This document shows positions 18,601-30,600 of a DNA stretch of 62,127 nucleotides, in pieces; positions within the stretch are counted from its first letter, which is position 1; each line of letters starts with the position of its first letter. Location of the stretch: contig DASVSV010000208.1 of assembly GCA_036387915.1 (NCBI GenBank), forward strand, positions 1 through 62,127, in the 5' to 3' direction. The stretch is from Thermoanaerobaculia bacterium. GTDB lineage: Bacteria > Acidobacteriota > Thermoanaerobaculia > Gp7-AA8. The notes under the pieces are model-generated. The model had not been told where the DNA came from and did no database searches. It saw only the letters and a list, made by a program, of their open reading frames with translations. The position numbers and the translations under genes are program-made.

Positions 18601-21600
18601 TTGTATTCGAACGTCTGCAGCCGGCCCTGGCGGTCGGTGATCGACTTCACGCGGCTGCCTTCCCACACGATCTTCTCGGTGGTGCCGTCCCTGTACGTGC
18701 GCTGTGTCGCACGTCCGATGAGATCCGTCTGCGTCGCCGTGACCTCGCTGGACGGGTCGGTGTAGCTGTTCATCGTGCCGGCCGCGTTGTAGCCGAAGGT
18801 CGTGCTCGCGCCGCCCGGCAGCGTCTCGCGCTTCATCGAGCCCTGCGAGTCATACGAATACGTATGCGTCCCGCGCTGCGGCGACGACGAGGCCGTGACG
18901 TTGCCCATCTGGTCGTACTGCTTGGTCCATGAGAGAGAGCCGAGCGTCTGCGCCACGGCTTCGCCGAGGGTGTTGTACTGCATCGCCATCGAGTAGCTGC
19001 CGCCACCCTTCTCGGTCTTCTGCATCTTCTGCGGAAGTCTCCCGCTGTGACCGGAGGCCTGCGCCTGCTCGAAGATCTGACTGATCGACGTGGCGCTGCC
19101 GGCGCCGCTCGCGGTCGATTGCACGCGTCCGGCGGCGTCGAACTCCGTGCGCTGCGCACGGCCGCCGGCACTGACGCCGGTGGTGCGGCCCGCGCCGTCC
19201 CACGCGACTTCCATTGTGGTGGACTGCGACCCGGCCGTCCTGGTCACCGAGCGTAGACGGCCGCCGGCGTATTGCATCGTCCACGAGCGCAGCACCGAAC
19301 CGCTGGCGTCGCGTTCTTCAATGGTCAGCGGATTGCCCATCGCGTCGATCGTCGCGACCGTGCGCGTGCCGTCGGAGGAAAGAACACCGGTGAGGTTGCC
19401 CTGCGCGTCGTAGGCGAATGCGGTCGCGGTCAGCAGATCCGACTCCGCGACGACGTTGTCCTCGAGGTCGTGCGTGTAGTGCGCGACGATCGGGCTTCCG
19501 CCGGTGGTGAGCTCACGGCCGATCGGCCGGCCCAGCGAGTCGACGATCATCGTCGTCACCGCACCGCTGGGATGATTCGTGACGATCGTGCGTCCGTTGT
19601 ACTGGATCGTCGTCGTCGCCGTTCCCACGTCCGCAACGCCCGTCACGCTCTCCGACGTCTGCCGGCCCATGATGTCGTACGTGTACGTGGTGGTGACGTC
19701 GTCGCTGCCCTGCTTGCGCGTGTGCTTGCGCAGTTTGCCGGTAGCGTCGTACTCCCATTTCTCGTCGATGCCGCCGCTGGCGGACATGTGGATCGGGCGC
19801 TGCCACTTGTCGTATTCGATGGTGGTGACGGTGCCGCGGGCGTCGGTCTCGACGGTCTTTGTCGCGCTGGGGTAGTCGAGTTTCGTAAGCAGGCCGCCGT
19901 CCACGATGGACGTCGGGAGGGCGCGGCGGTGGGGGGAGTCGGTGGCCGGCGCGTAGGTGATGGTGGCGCTGGAGCCGGCGCTGGAGGCGTCGGTGCCGCC
20001 GCTGCCGGCGATCGTGGTGAGCTGGCCGGAGGCGTCGAACTTCTCGGTCTCGTTGATCTGATCGTTGTTCGCCGAGGTGTTCTTGTTGTTGCGGCTCGGC
20101 TCGGGCGAGTCGATCTTCAGCCCGTTCGCCGTCATCGAGGAGATGAACGTCGCCAGGTTGGCGCCGGCCTGGTAGGCGATGGTCTGGGCCACCGGCGGTG
20201 CGGCGCCGCCGGTCGTGTTCGAGCCGGTCATCACGTACCCCGGCGCTTCCGGCTCCACATTCTTCCAGGTGAAGGTCGTGCTCCGGACGCCGTCCAGCGA
20301 TGCAGTTGCGTAGTTGCCGCCCGGTCCGTAGGTGAAGCGATACGTGCGGTCCTGCGAACCGGCCGGCGGCACGCCCGGCGAGATGCTGCCGGGGAGCTGA
20401 CCGAACGGCGCCGTGCTGGTGCGGACGGCGGTCTCGGTGATCGAGAGAATGTGGGCGCGGTCGGCGTAGGGGTTGGTCGGCTGCTGCGTCAGCGAGTAAG
20501 TACGCGCCTGGCCGAGGGTGTCGGTCGTCGAGACGCTGGTGGGGCCGTTGTAGTTGAAGCTGGCTGTCTCGCCGGTGCCCCACTTCTGCGCGAGCAGGCG
20601 GTCGCGCTTGAAGCCGGAGCTCGGGTCGTACGTGAACTCGAGACGCGGGCCGCCGCCGCTGAGCACTTCATGCGGCGCGGTGATTCTGGCGAGGTTCGTC
20701 CGCATTTCGAGGACGTCGTTGAAGCCTCCGCCGCCCGGCCCGTACTCGTACGCCACGGCCGGACGTCCACCGCTGACGTTCTGCACCTCGGCCAGTTTGA
20801 CTTTCGTCAGCGTGCCGCTGGCGCTCTGGTACTCGTAGTCGATCTTGCGATCGCGCCAGTCGGTGACCTGCCGGATCATGCCCGGGAACGCGCCCGACGC
20901 GCCGGCCTCGGATTCCTTCCAGTACGTGAACTTCGTGGCGCGCTGCACCGGGTCGACGACCTGCGCCAGGCGGCCGGTCTCGTCATAGACGTAGCGAATG
21001 AGGTTGCCGGAGCCCGGCGCGGACGGGTCGTAGAACTCGTCCGTCTCGAGCGTGATCCGTCCGAGGTCGTCGAAGTCGGTGACGCGCCACTGCTGGTCGA
21101 TGATGCTCCAGCCGCGGCCCGTGCGGGCGAGCTTGAGGAACAATCCTTCCGGCGCCTTGTAGTCGCCGTTGACGTACTTGAACGTCCAGACGTCGCTGCC
21201 GTCGCGATATTCGACGTCGCCGTTCGGCAGCGCGCGGAGACGGCGCAGCAGCGCCGAGTCCCAACCCTGTCCGAACACGCTGCCACCCATGGTGCGCGAG
21301 CGATACGTGCGCTCGACCAGCAGTTCCGTGCCGGCGCGGCCGCCGACGTTGAGGTCCGTCGTCGCGCTGTGCAGCTCACCGGAGTGCAGGAAGATCGTCT
21401 CGGCGATCATGCCCGTCGCCACCGGCGGGTTCTGTCCCGCGGTCAGCACCTCCGTCGGCCGGATGGTGTCGGCCATGATGGTGGTGAAGAGGCCGGACAT
21501 CCGCTTCTGTTTGCCGAGGTACTCGTACTCGGTGCCTTCGAAGACCGTGTCGTCGCCGAGGCCGGCCAGTTCGGGACGGACGGTGAGATAGCGGCCATTC

Positions 21601-24600
21601 GTATAGAGCTCGTAGATGCCGTCGCTCTCGGTTTTCGTCTTGAGGAACTCCGGCCGCTCGCATGCGTAGCAGCCTGCTTCCGCCTTCTTCTCCTTCGAGG
21701 CGCCGTTCCAGTTGTACTGCTCACTGGCGCGCGGGTCGCTGACGGCGACGATCCACGGCGACATGTAGCGGTTGTAACCGCGCTGGTATTTGAGCTGGCT
21801 GGCCAGCGCGTCAGGCACGACACGCTTGAACTTGAAGTTGGTGGCGGCGCGGTCGCCGGTTTCCGACGTGCCGTCGCGGCGCTTGCGGCGCAGGTGCGCG
21901 CGCGGGAAGCCGTTCGGCGTCTGCTCGGTGATGGCGCCGGCGATGCGCTCGCTCTCGACGGCCATCCAGAGCTCGTTGTTCGGCATCGAGTTGAGCAGGC
22001 CGCCGGGCAGACCGACCTCGAGGCGGAACGCTCCCATGGACGCGTTCTCCTTGCACGGCGCCGGCTTGCCGGCGCAGAGGCCGTCGATGGTGGTCTTGAG
22101 ATGATCGGGAATGGCCACGCCGAGAGGAATGACGCCACCGACCTCGGTCAGGCCATTGCCGAGGTTGACCTTCATCTTCACGACCGGGTCGACCGCGGAG
22201 ACGGCCTTGACCACGCGCGCGGCCATGTTCGCGCCGTAGATGATGCCGGTGCTGGCGTCGAAGATCGGCGGCTGCGAGCCGGCCGTGAGACCCGGCTCCG
22301 ACTTCCAGATGATGCGCGGGTCGTCCGCGCCGATCTCGTTCGGATCGGACGGCGTGCCGGCGATGGCCTTCGCGGCCGTCGGGAAGAGACCCTCGACGTA
22401 GTTGCCGTCCGCGTCGAAGCGCTCGTCAATCCGGGAGAGGTCGACCAGCAGCACGCGGCCGTTCTTGTCCGTGACCACGGCGGTGTTCGAGTCCTGCATC
22501 ACGCGCAGGCCGACCGCGCCTCCGGGGATCCAGATGACGTCGGCGATGTGATAGTCGTCGAGGGGGAACGGCGGCGTGAAAAACGGGTCCCCGGTGGTCT
22601 CGACGACGACGATTCCGTAATCGAGCGCCGCCACGAGCAGGTAGTCGCGCTGCGCGGGGAGGTCGCGCAGCGTGCCGCGAATACCGCGCGTGTTCTCTTC
22701 CGCGGTGACCGACCAGTGCACCTGCGACATGGACATCGTGTGCATGTTCGGCGAGCCGATGGCGTTCCGCAGCGCCTGCATGCGCGGCGCTTCGTTGCCC
22801 GGCGGGAACGTGCGGAAGAGCAGGCCGGTCTCGCCGCGCTGGTCGCACGTGGCGTCGTTGCTCGGCGTGCCGGCCGCCGATCCGGAGAGGTGCACGCGGT
22901 AGTCGAGCACGCCCTTGGACGGATGGTTGGCGAAGATGTACAGATCGCCACTGGGATCACCGCGGACCTCGACGTCGGTGTTGATGTAGTTCTCGCCGAT
23001 GGCCCAGATCGGCGGCTCGATGCCGCATTCGCGGCCGACGATGCCGTTGCCGAGGAAGTGCTGCTCTTTATACCGGTTGGCCTGGGTCGTCCCCGGATAG
23101 CGATTCGACTCCATGGCGTTGATGTCGTAGACGCCGACGCCGTAGCCGAGGTGCGCAACGACCGCGTAGGCCCGGCGGTTCTTCACGATGCGAAGCTTGT
23201 CGGTCGGGCGCGCCAGCACGTTCTTGAGGGTGGCGCTGCCGCCGATGGTCGCGTCGGCGGACCAGCTCATGTCGAGATCGGGGTTCTCGATGGTGATGCG
23301 CTGGTAGTTGTACGTGTCGTTCGAGAACGGCACGGTCACGTTGTAGCTCTTCAGGTCTTCGATCGGGAAGTCGGCGGTCTCGCTGGCGCCGGTGCCGGCG
23401 ACGAAGAGCTGGCGGTCCGCAAAGTCCGTCGTGTCGTCCTGGTTGACGATCTTCACGCGGAACGGAATCGACTCGGGACGGTCGGAGAGGATGGTGTTGC
23501 TGGGCAGCCCGATCATCGAGCTGTAGCCCAGCTTCCAGTTGATGATCGACGACGCCTTCGACTGCTGCACCGTCGCACCGGCCACGAGGTCCTCGACGCG
23601 ATAGGTCAGCATCACGCCGACGATGTTCAGGTCGGCGGTGGTGACCACTCGGCCATGACGGTCGACCTGCACGGCCATCGTTTTGTAGATCGTGTTCGGC
23701 GGCCCGATGTGGGAGAGCTGCGGCGCGGTGCCGTTGATGGCGGCCGGGTTCGACATGTCGAACGTGCGTAGTCCGCCGTCGAGGGCAGCCACCATCAGCG
23801 CGTTGCCGTGCATGGCCATGCCGCGAATGACTCCGGTGTCGGCTGCCATGAACGAGCCGATCTCCCCTTCCGGCTTGCGGACGTGGAAAATCAGCGGGAG
23901 GTCGGCGCCGCCGCCGACCGCGACGAGGTTGTTGTTCGCCGCCGGCACCGTGCCCGCGCCGAGCTTGAGCCCCGCTCCCTCGGTGGTGGCATCGGTGAGC
24001 GTGCCCTTCAGTGTGAGACGGTAGACCGCCTCGCGCTGGAGCGCGCCAGGCAGAATGATGTTGATGCGCTTCTCGCCGGAATCGACGGTGAAGCGCGCGT
24101 GCGCGGTGATGTCGGTGTAGTTCGGCTGGCCGCCGGACGCCGGCTCCGGCGCCTGCTCCAGCTTGAGCTGCGTGTGAAGGAAGGCGTCGACGGCGCCGTC
24201 ATCGGACGGGTTCTCGCCGAGGAAGATCGCCTCGTTCAACACGATCGAGACGGGATGCGAGGCGTCGACGTCCTTCTGCTCGATGAGCAGCACGATGCGG
24301 TCGCCGAGCTTCGCACCGATGCTCAGCGAACCACCGGCGGTGCCGGAGACGGACGTGCCTTGCTTCACGTTGAGGAGCTGCACGTGCAGCTCCGAGTCGA
24401 GGGGATCGTCGCTCGGCGACACGACTACGTTGTCGTTCGCGACCGTGACGCTGAAGTTGCGGACCGTGCGGATCTCGATGTCCTCTACGTCGAGGTCGAG
24501 GATCTCGACCCGGAACGGACTGCCGAAGACCGGATACGGGCCGCTGTCATTCTGCTGCGGCGTGGGGATGGTGGCGATCTCGCCCGGCTCGCCGACCGGA

Positions 24601-27600
24601 ATCGGGTCGTATGCGCGCTGGAACGCCTGCAGCCCCGTGGCGCGGTCGATGCCGTAGACCGTGAACGGACGGCCGGTGATCACCGGGATGATCCGACCGC
24701 CGCGCTCGAAGTTATGGACGTACGGGTCGTAGTAGGACCAGAAGATGTCCCACATCAGGTCGTAGCCGGTCTGCAGCCCTTCCATCACCCCCCAGCCGAC
24801 GCTTCCGCCGACCGGAACCTTGATGTCCAGGACCATGTAGCGCCCGCCGCGGATGAGGCGGAGCATGTAGTCGCGGGCCTGCCGGCCGACCAGCGTGGAG
24901 TTCGTGCCGGTCTTGAGGTTCGTGACCCCGATCTTTGCGTTCTGCGTTTCCTCGTCGAGCACCGTCGTGAACTTGCCGTCCTTGACCTGCATCATGTCCA
25001 CGACCGCCAGACGCGGTCCGCGGACGGACATGCCCTTCCACGCCAGGATGAAGTCCCTGCCGGTGGTGTTGAGCCCCGGCGGCACCGCGACTTCGACGTC
25101 GAGCGGCTTGTTGGCGAAACCTTCGAAGTCGATGTTGACGCTGGTCGCGTAGTTGTTCTCGGCCTCGAGCTCCGGGATGTCGAGGAACTCGGCCTTCTGC
25201 GCGGAGTTCACGGTGACGATGGTCGGCGTGTCGAACGCACCCTCGGGCACGTTGACGGTGATGCCTTCCGGCGACGTGAACGTGACGGCCGCTCCCGCCG
25301 GAGCCACGAATCCTTTGCCGTCCTCGGTGACGAACGGCGTGAGCGCGTAGATGCCGGCCAGGGCGCCGTTGGTGTTGACGACCTGCAGGTCGATCAAGTC
25401 GCCCGTCGTCACGCGGTCGCGCACGTCGTCATCGCCGATGAGGAACGAGAACGAGCCGTCGCTCGCGGCGGTGGCCTGATACCGGACGAAAAAGTCGCGC
25501 ACGCGGCGCGTGGCCACGGCCTGCCAGCCGGCAGGCAGCGCGCCGGCATCGCCGGTGATGCGCGAGATGCCGGCTTCGTTCGGGATGGTGATGCGGATGC
25601 GCTCGCGGCGGATCTGCGTGTTGACGAAGACCGCCACGGTGGCGAACGAGAAGCTGGCGCTGCGCGCGAGCGTCGCCCCGTTGGTGCCGCGGATCGACTG
25701 CGAGATGACGACGCTGTACGCGGTGTTCGGCTCGAAGCGCTCGCCGGCGGTGAGCGTCCAGATGACACCGGTCGTCCCTTCGGAGGCGGCGCGGCCACTC
25801 ACGGTCTTGCCGGTGATGGCGTTGACGACGGTGATGGATTCGTTCGTCACGGAGGCAGGGTCGATGGCGGGCGTGAACGCGGCGCGGATGTTCGTGGTCA
25901 GCGCGACGTCGCGCGTGACGGTGCCAAATGTGAGCGCGGCCTGCGACGGGGGATCGCCTTTGAAGATGGTGACATTGCCGAGGACCGGCGGCTGCGGGAC
26001 GAGCAGCAGGTCGACGCGCACGACGGCGTCGGGATCGACCTGTGCGGCGTGCGTGTACGTCGCGCCGTCGCCGGTGGTGGTGTGGCGCGGGACGAGCGTG
26101 AACGGCGCGGCGGGCTTGGCCGGGACCGGCACGTTGTAGATGCCGTTCGTGCGCGTGAGCTCGTGCACGCCGAGGGGGTTGGCGATGACGCGGGCGTCGG
26201 AGAGCAGACGGCCCGTCAGGTCGCGCATGCGCACCGTGCCGGTGGCGAACGCAATCGGCGCGTCGGCGGCGAGGACGATGTAGCGGCCTTCGCGTACGAC
26301 GCCGTCGACGGGCAGCGCGGAGCGGTCGATGGACCTGGTGGTGAAGCGGATTGCGGGCGTCGCGGTCTGCGACGGGTCGACGGCCATCATCGGCGCGGCC
26401 AGGCGGACGATGCGGCCGTACGGCGTCTGGTCGAGCAGCTCGGCCAGGATGACCTGCGCGTTCGGCGCGGGCATCTTCGCCGCGTCGACGCTGAACGTGG
26501 CCCGGGCGGGGACGAACAACTCGACGCCGGCGATGGCGTCGGGCTGGCCGTCGCCGTCGAGGTCCTGCGGCGCGGGTTGCACGGCGCGCTGCAGCGTGAG
26601 CTGGAAGCCGCCGACGACGCGGAAGCCGGCGATGTTGCCGACCGCGGCGAGGTCGCTGGCGTTGAGCGAGGTCGCGGTCGCGCGCAGCGGCTCCGGCACG
26701 GCTCCGGTCGGGATCTCGATGGCCACCTTGTCGTCCGCGGGCACGCGTCCGCCCTCGGAACCGATGAGCGTTCCGCGGTCGAGGCGGCCGGGATACGGGA
26801 GGATGCGGATGTGGTCGAAGCCGACTTCGAGGATGACCTGCGCGGCTTTCGCGCTCGGCGCGAGGTGGAAGTCGGCGATGCCGAGGTCGCCGCTGAGGTT
26901 GCGGTAGAGGAGGAGGTCGGTGGCGAACGGAGGATCGAGGAGGCGCGAGCCGTCGGCGAGACGGAGCTCCTCGTCAATGTACGCTTGTACCGCGGTACCG
27001 CTGGGGAACTTCGCCTCCCCCGCGCCTTCGATGCGCAGCGTGGCCACGGTGCGGCCGGTGGGAACGACGATGGCCGGGTCGAGCTTGAAGTCGCGCTCGA
27101 CCAGCTCCGGCGCGGTGGCCGGCGCGGCGGGCACGCCCTGCAGCACGTCGCCCACGACCGGCAGCGGCGGCGGCGTGAGCCCCGGCGCCTTGTCGGAGTA
27201 GACCAGCGCGTACGCACCGGCGCCCGGAATCGGGAACGACGCGCGGCCGTCACCGGCCACGTTCACCGAGGACGCGAGCACGCGCCATTCGTCGCGCACC
27301 GCGTCGTAGTGCACGGCGGTGAGGTTCTGCGCCGCGGAGGTGACGGCGCCGGCGGGCGTGTGGAACGTGAGCGTCGCGGCGCTCAGCGAAGGCGCGTTCT
27401 CGAGCTGCACTTCGGCCGAGGCGATGGGCGACCAGCCGAGGGGGAGCAGGCCGGTGAGGGCCTGCGCGCTGATGGCGGTGAGCGTCACCTTCGCGCCGCT
27501 GGCGGCGGAGGGAACGGCCAGATCGACCTTCCGGGTGATGCCGGTGTCGCCGCCGTGCGTCAGCGCCAGCGCGGCGCCGGTGGACGTCTGCGACGGGCCG

Positions 27601-30600
27601 CGGTGCGTGAGACGGATGTCGATCGGGATCACGCCCGCGCCGGCCGGCACGATGATCTCGCGGAACACGCTGGTGTAGCCCGCGTGCGCGGCGCTGATCG
27701 TGTGTGCGCCTTCCGGCAGGCGGGCGAGATAGCGGCCGCGCGCGTCAGTGGTGGTGGTGACCGGCGCCGGAGAAGCAACGTCGACGGCGATGGTCACGCC
27801 CGGAAGCGGGCGGCCGGTGGTCGCGTCGTAGACCTCACCGGAGATGAAGCCGGAGCCGTCGCCCGTCTCCGGCTGACCGCCGGCGAGCGTGAACTCCTGC
27901 GTGTACGGCGTGGTCAGCTTGTTGCCGGTCGTGTCTTCGATCTGCGTCCCGACGGTGAGCGTGAACGCGCGCTGGGTCAGATCGGAGGCCGGCGTGACGG
28001 TGACGCTGTTGCCGGCGACGCTGGTGGTGCCGGCGACGGTGGTGCCGTCGCCGAGGGTGAGCACGATGCCGGCGCCGCCGACGCTCACCGTCGACGCGTC
28101 GAGCGCCTCGGAGAAGCTGATGGTCAACTTGTTGACGGTGCGGTCGAAGGCGGCGTTGAGCACCTGCGGACCGCTGCAGTCGACGCGCACGGTGAGCTCG
28201 GCCGCGGGCGAGAGGCTGCCGTCGGAGCCAACCACGCGCACGCGCACGACCGTGAAGCCGGACTGGCCGCTCATCGGATAGGTGAAGGTGAAGCGGCCAT
28301 GCGAATCGGCGGAGGTGGTGAGGACGAGCGTGCCCGACTCGAGGCGCACGCGCGCGCCCGGCGCGGCGGTGCCGGTCACGGACATCGACTGGCCGCAGAC
28401 GGCGCTGCCGACCGGGTCGACGTTCGGCGGCGTCGACGGGGCGGACGAGGCGACGGTGAAGCTGCTCGCGTAAGCCTCGGCGACGGCGGTGCCGGCGAGG
28501 TTCTTCGCGGCGCCGTTCACGCGCATCGTGTAACGGCCGCCCTTGGCGAGCAGCGTCGACGGCGCGAAGGTGAGCACGTCCTTGTCGAGGTAGAGCGAGC
28601 CGGAGACCGGCGCGCCGTTCGCGTCCTCGAGACGGAAGCCGCCGCTCAGCGAGGCCACGTCCATCGGCTGCGAGAAGAGCACGAGCAGCAGCGCGCCCGC
28701 GTCGACTTCGGTCGCGTTCTGCGCGGGGAATGACTCGACGACCTTCGGCGCGTCGTTGAGACGGGTGACGAAGATGACCGTCGCGGCGCTGGTGCCGTCC
28801 GGCTCCGTGACGCGCGCGACCACCGGCGTGGTCGCACCGGAGACCGGCGAGAACGTTGCGGTGGCGGTGTAGCTCGAGCCGCTGATGGTCGCGCCGTTGC
28901 CGTTGACGTCGACCAGCGCGCCCGCCTCCGCGGTGAAGGTGCCGGTGACGGTGAACGTGTTGCTGCCGGGGCCGAACCAGGACTGGCTTGCGGGGGAAGT
29001 GATGCTGATGCCGGGTGAGCCGGCCACGAGCTTCACGACGACCGTGGCCGTGGCCTCGCGGTTCAGGCGATCGCGCCCGGAGACGCGCAGGGTCTGGTCG
29101 CCGCTGGAGAGCGGCACGTCGATGGCCGCGAAGGCGCCGGTGGTGTCGCTGAAGCGCTCGGCGTTCGCGGGCCTGGTCTGGTTGCCGCTCAGGTTCGTGA
29201 CGACGATCGATGCGGGATCGATGTTCGTGTACGTGCCGCTGACGGTGATGCGGTTCACGCCGGTGGTGGCGTTGGCGGTCGGCGTGCTGATGGCGATCGA
29301 CGGCGCGTCCTTTTCGTAGACGCCGCGGCGCGAGGCGGTGGCGGTGCGTCCCGCGGCGTTGCGGCCGTGCGCGACGATGATGTTCAGTCCGTCCGCGAGC
29401 CGTACGGTGGGGACGGTGAAGGTCGTGCCGGTGATGGTGGCGGCGACGCCGTTCACGTCCGCGCTGGTCACGCCCGGGCCGACAGTGCCGCTGACCGCGA
29501 TCGTCTCCTGCGACGTCACGAAGCCTTCGGCCGGCGTATTGATGTTGATCGACGGATCGCCGGTGACGCGCTGCAGCGTGAGCGTGGCGGGCGTGCCGGT
29601 GGGCGTGCCGTTGGCGTCGGTGCAGTTGACGGTGACGACGTTCGTCCCTTCGTTCGGCAGCTCGACGGTCGCGGAGAACGAACCGTCGGCGACCACGGCG
29701 GGGACGCCGTTGGCCTTCACGCCGATCGCGCCGCCGGAGCGGCCGACGATGGTCACGGAACTCGACAGCACGACCGCGTTGTTGGTCGGGTCGAAGCCTT
29801 CGAGCTTGCAGTCGGCGGTGGCGGTGGCGGCGCCGATGAAGAACATCCGCTCCGCGCGCGACTGGTTGCCGGCGCGGTCGCGGGCCGTGGCGACGACGGA
29901 GTGTCCGCCGGCCGCGGTCACGCTCGACGGCGCGGCGGCGACGGTGCCGTCGATGGTGAGCTCGGTGGTCACGGAGCCGCCGGCATCGCTCGCGTCGAGC
30001 GAGATCGCGGCCCGCGTGGCGAAACGAGCGCCGTCGGAGAGCGGCTGGCTCGACTCGAGGATGGTCAGCGACGGCGGCGTGAAGTCGGCCGTGACGTGCG
30101 TCGACGCGGACGTCTGCAGTCCGTTCGACGCGGTGGCCGTGGCCGTGATCGTGTTCTCCCCTTCCGTCAGCGCGTAGCCGGTCAGGCGGAAGCCGCCCGG
30201 CGCGTCGACGGGCACGCTCTGCGTGCCGATGGTGACGGTCGTGCCGCGGCCCGCGGTGAGCAAGCGGCCGGCGACGTCGGTCGAACGGCGGTTGGTGATC
30301 GAGCGATCGGCGGGATACGTGAGGATGATGCCCGCACCGGCGTCGTCGCGCAGGACGGTCACGTCGGCGCGGCCGTTGTTGCCGGCGGCGTCGCGCGCGG
30401 CGATGAAGATCGCGTTGGCGCCATAGTCGAGCGGCAGCTCGACAGCGAATGAGCCGCCGTCGCCGAGGGTCAGCGGCGCGCCGTTGATCGTCGCGGCGAC
30501 GGCGCCGGTGACGGTGCCGCGCACTTCGACACGATCGCTGCGGATGACGGCGTCGTTGGCCGGCGAGGCGATGGTCACGGCCGGCGGTGTGCGGTCGATG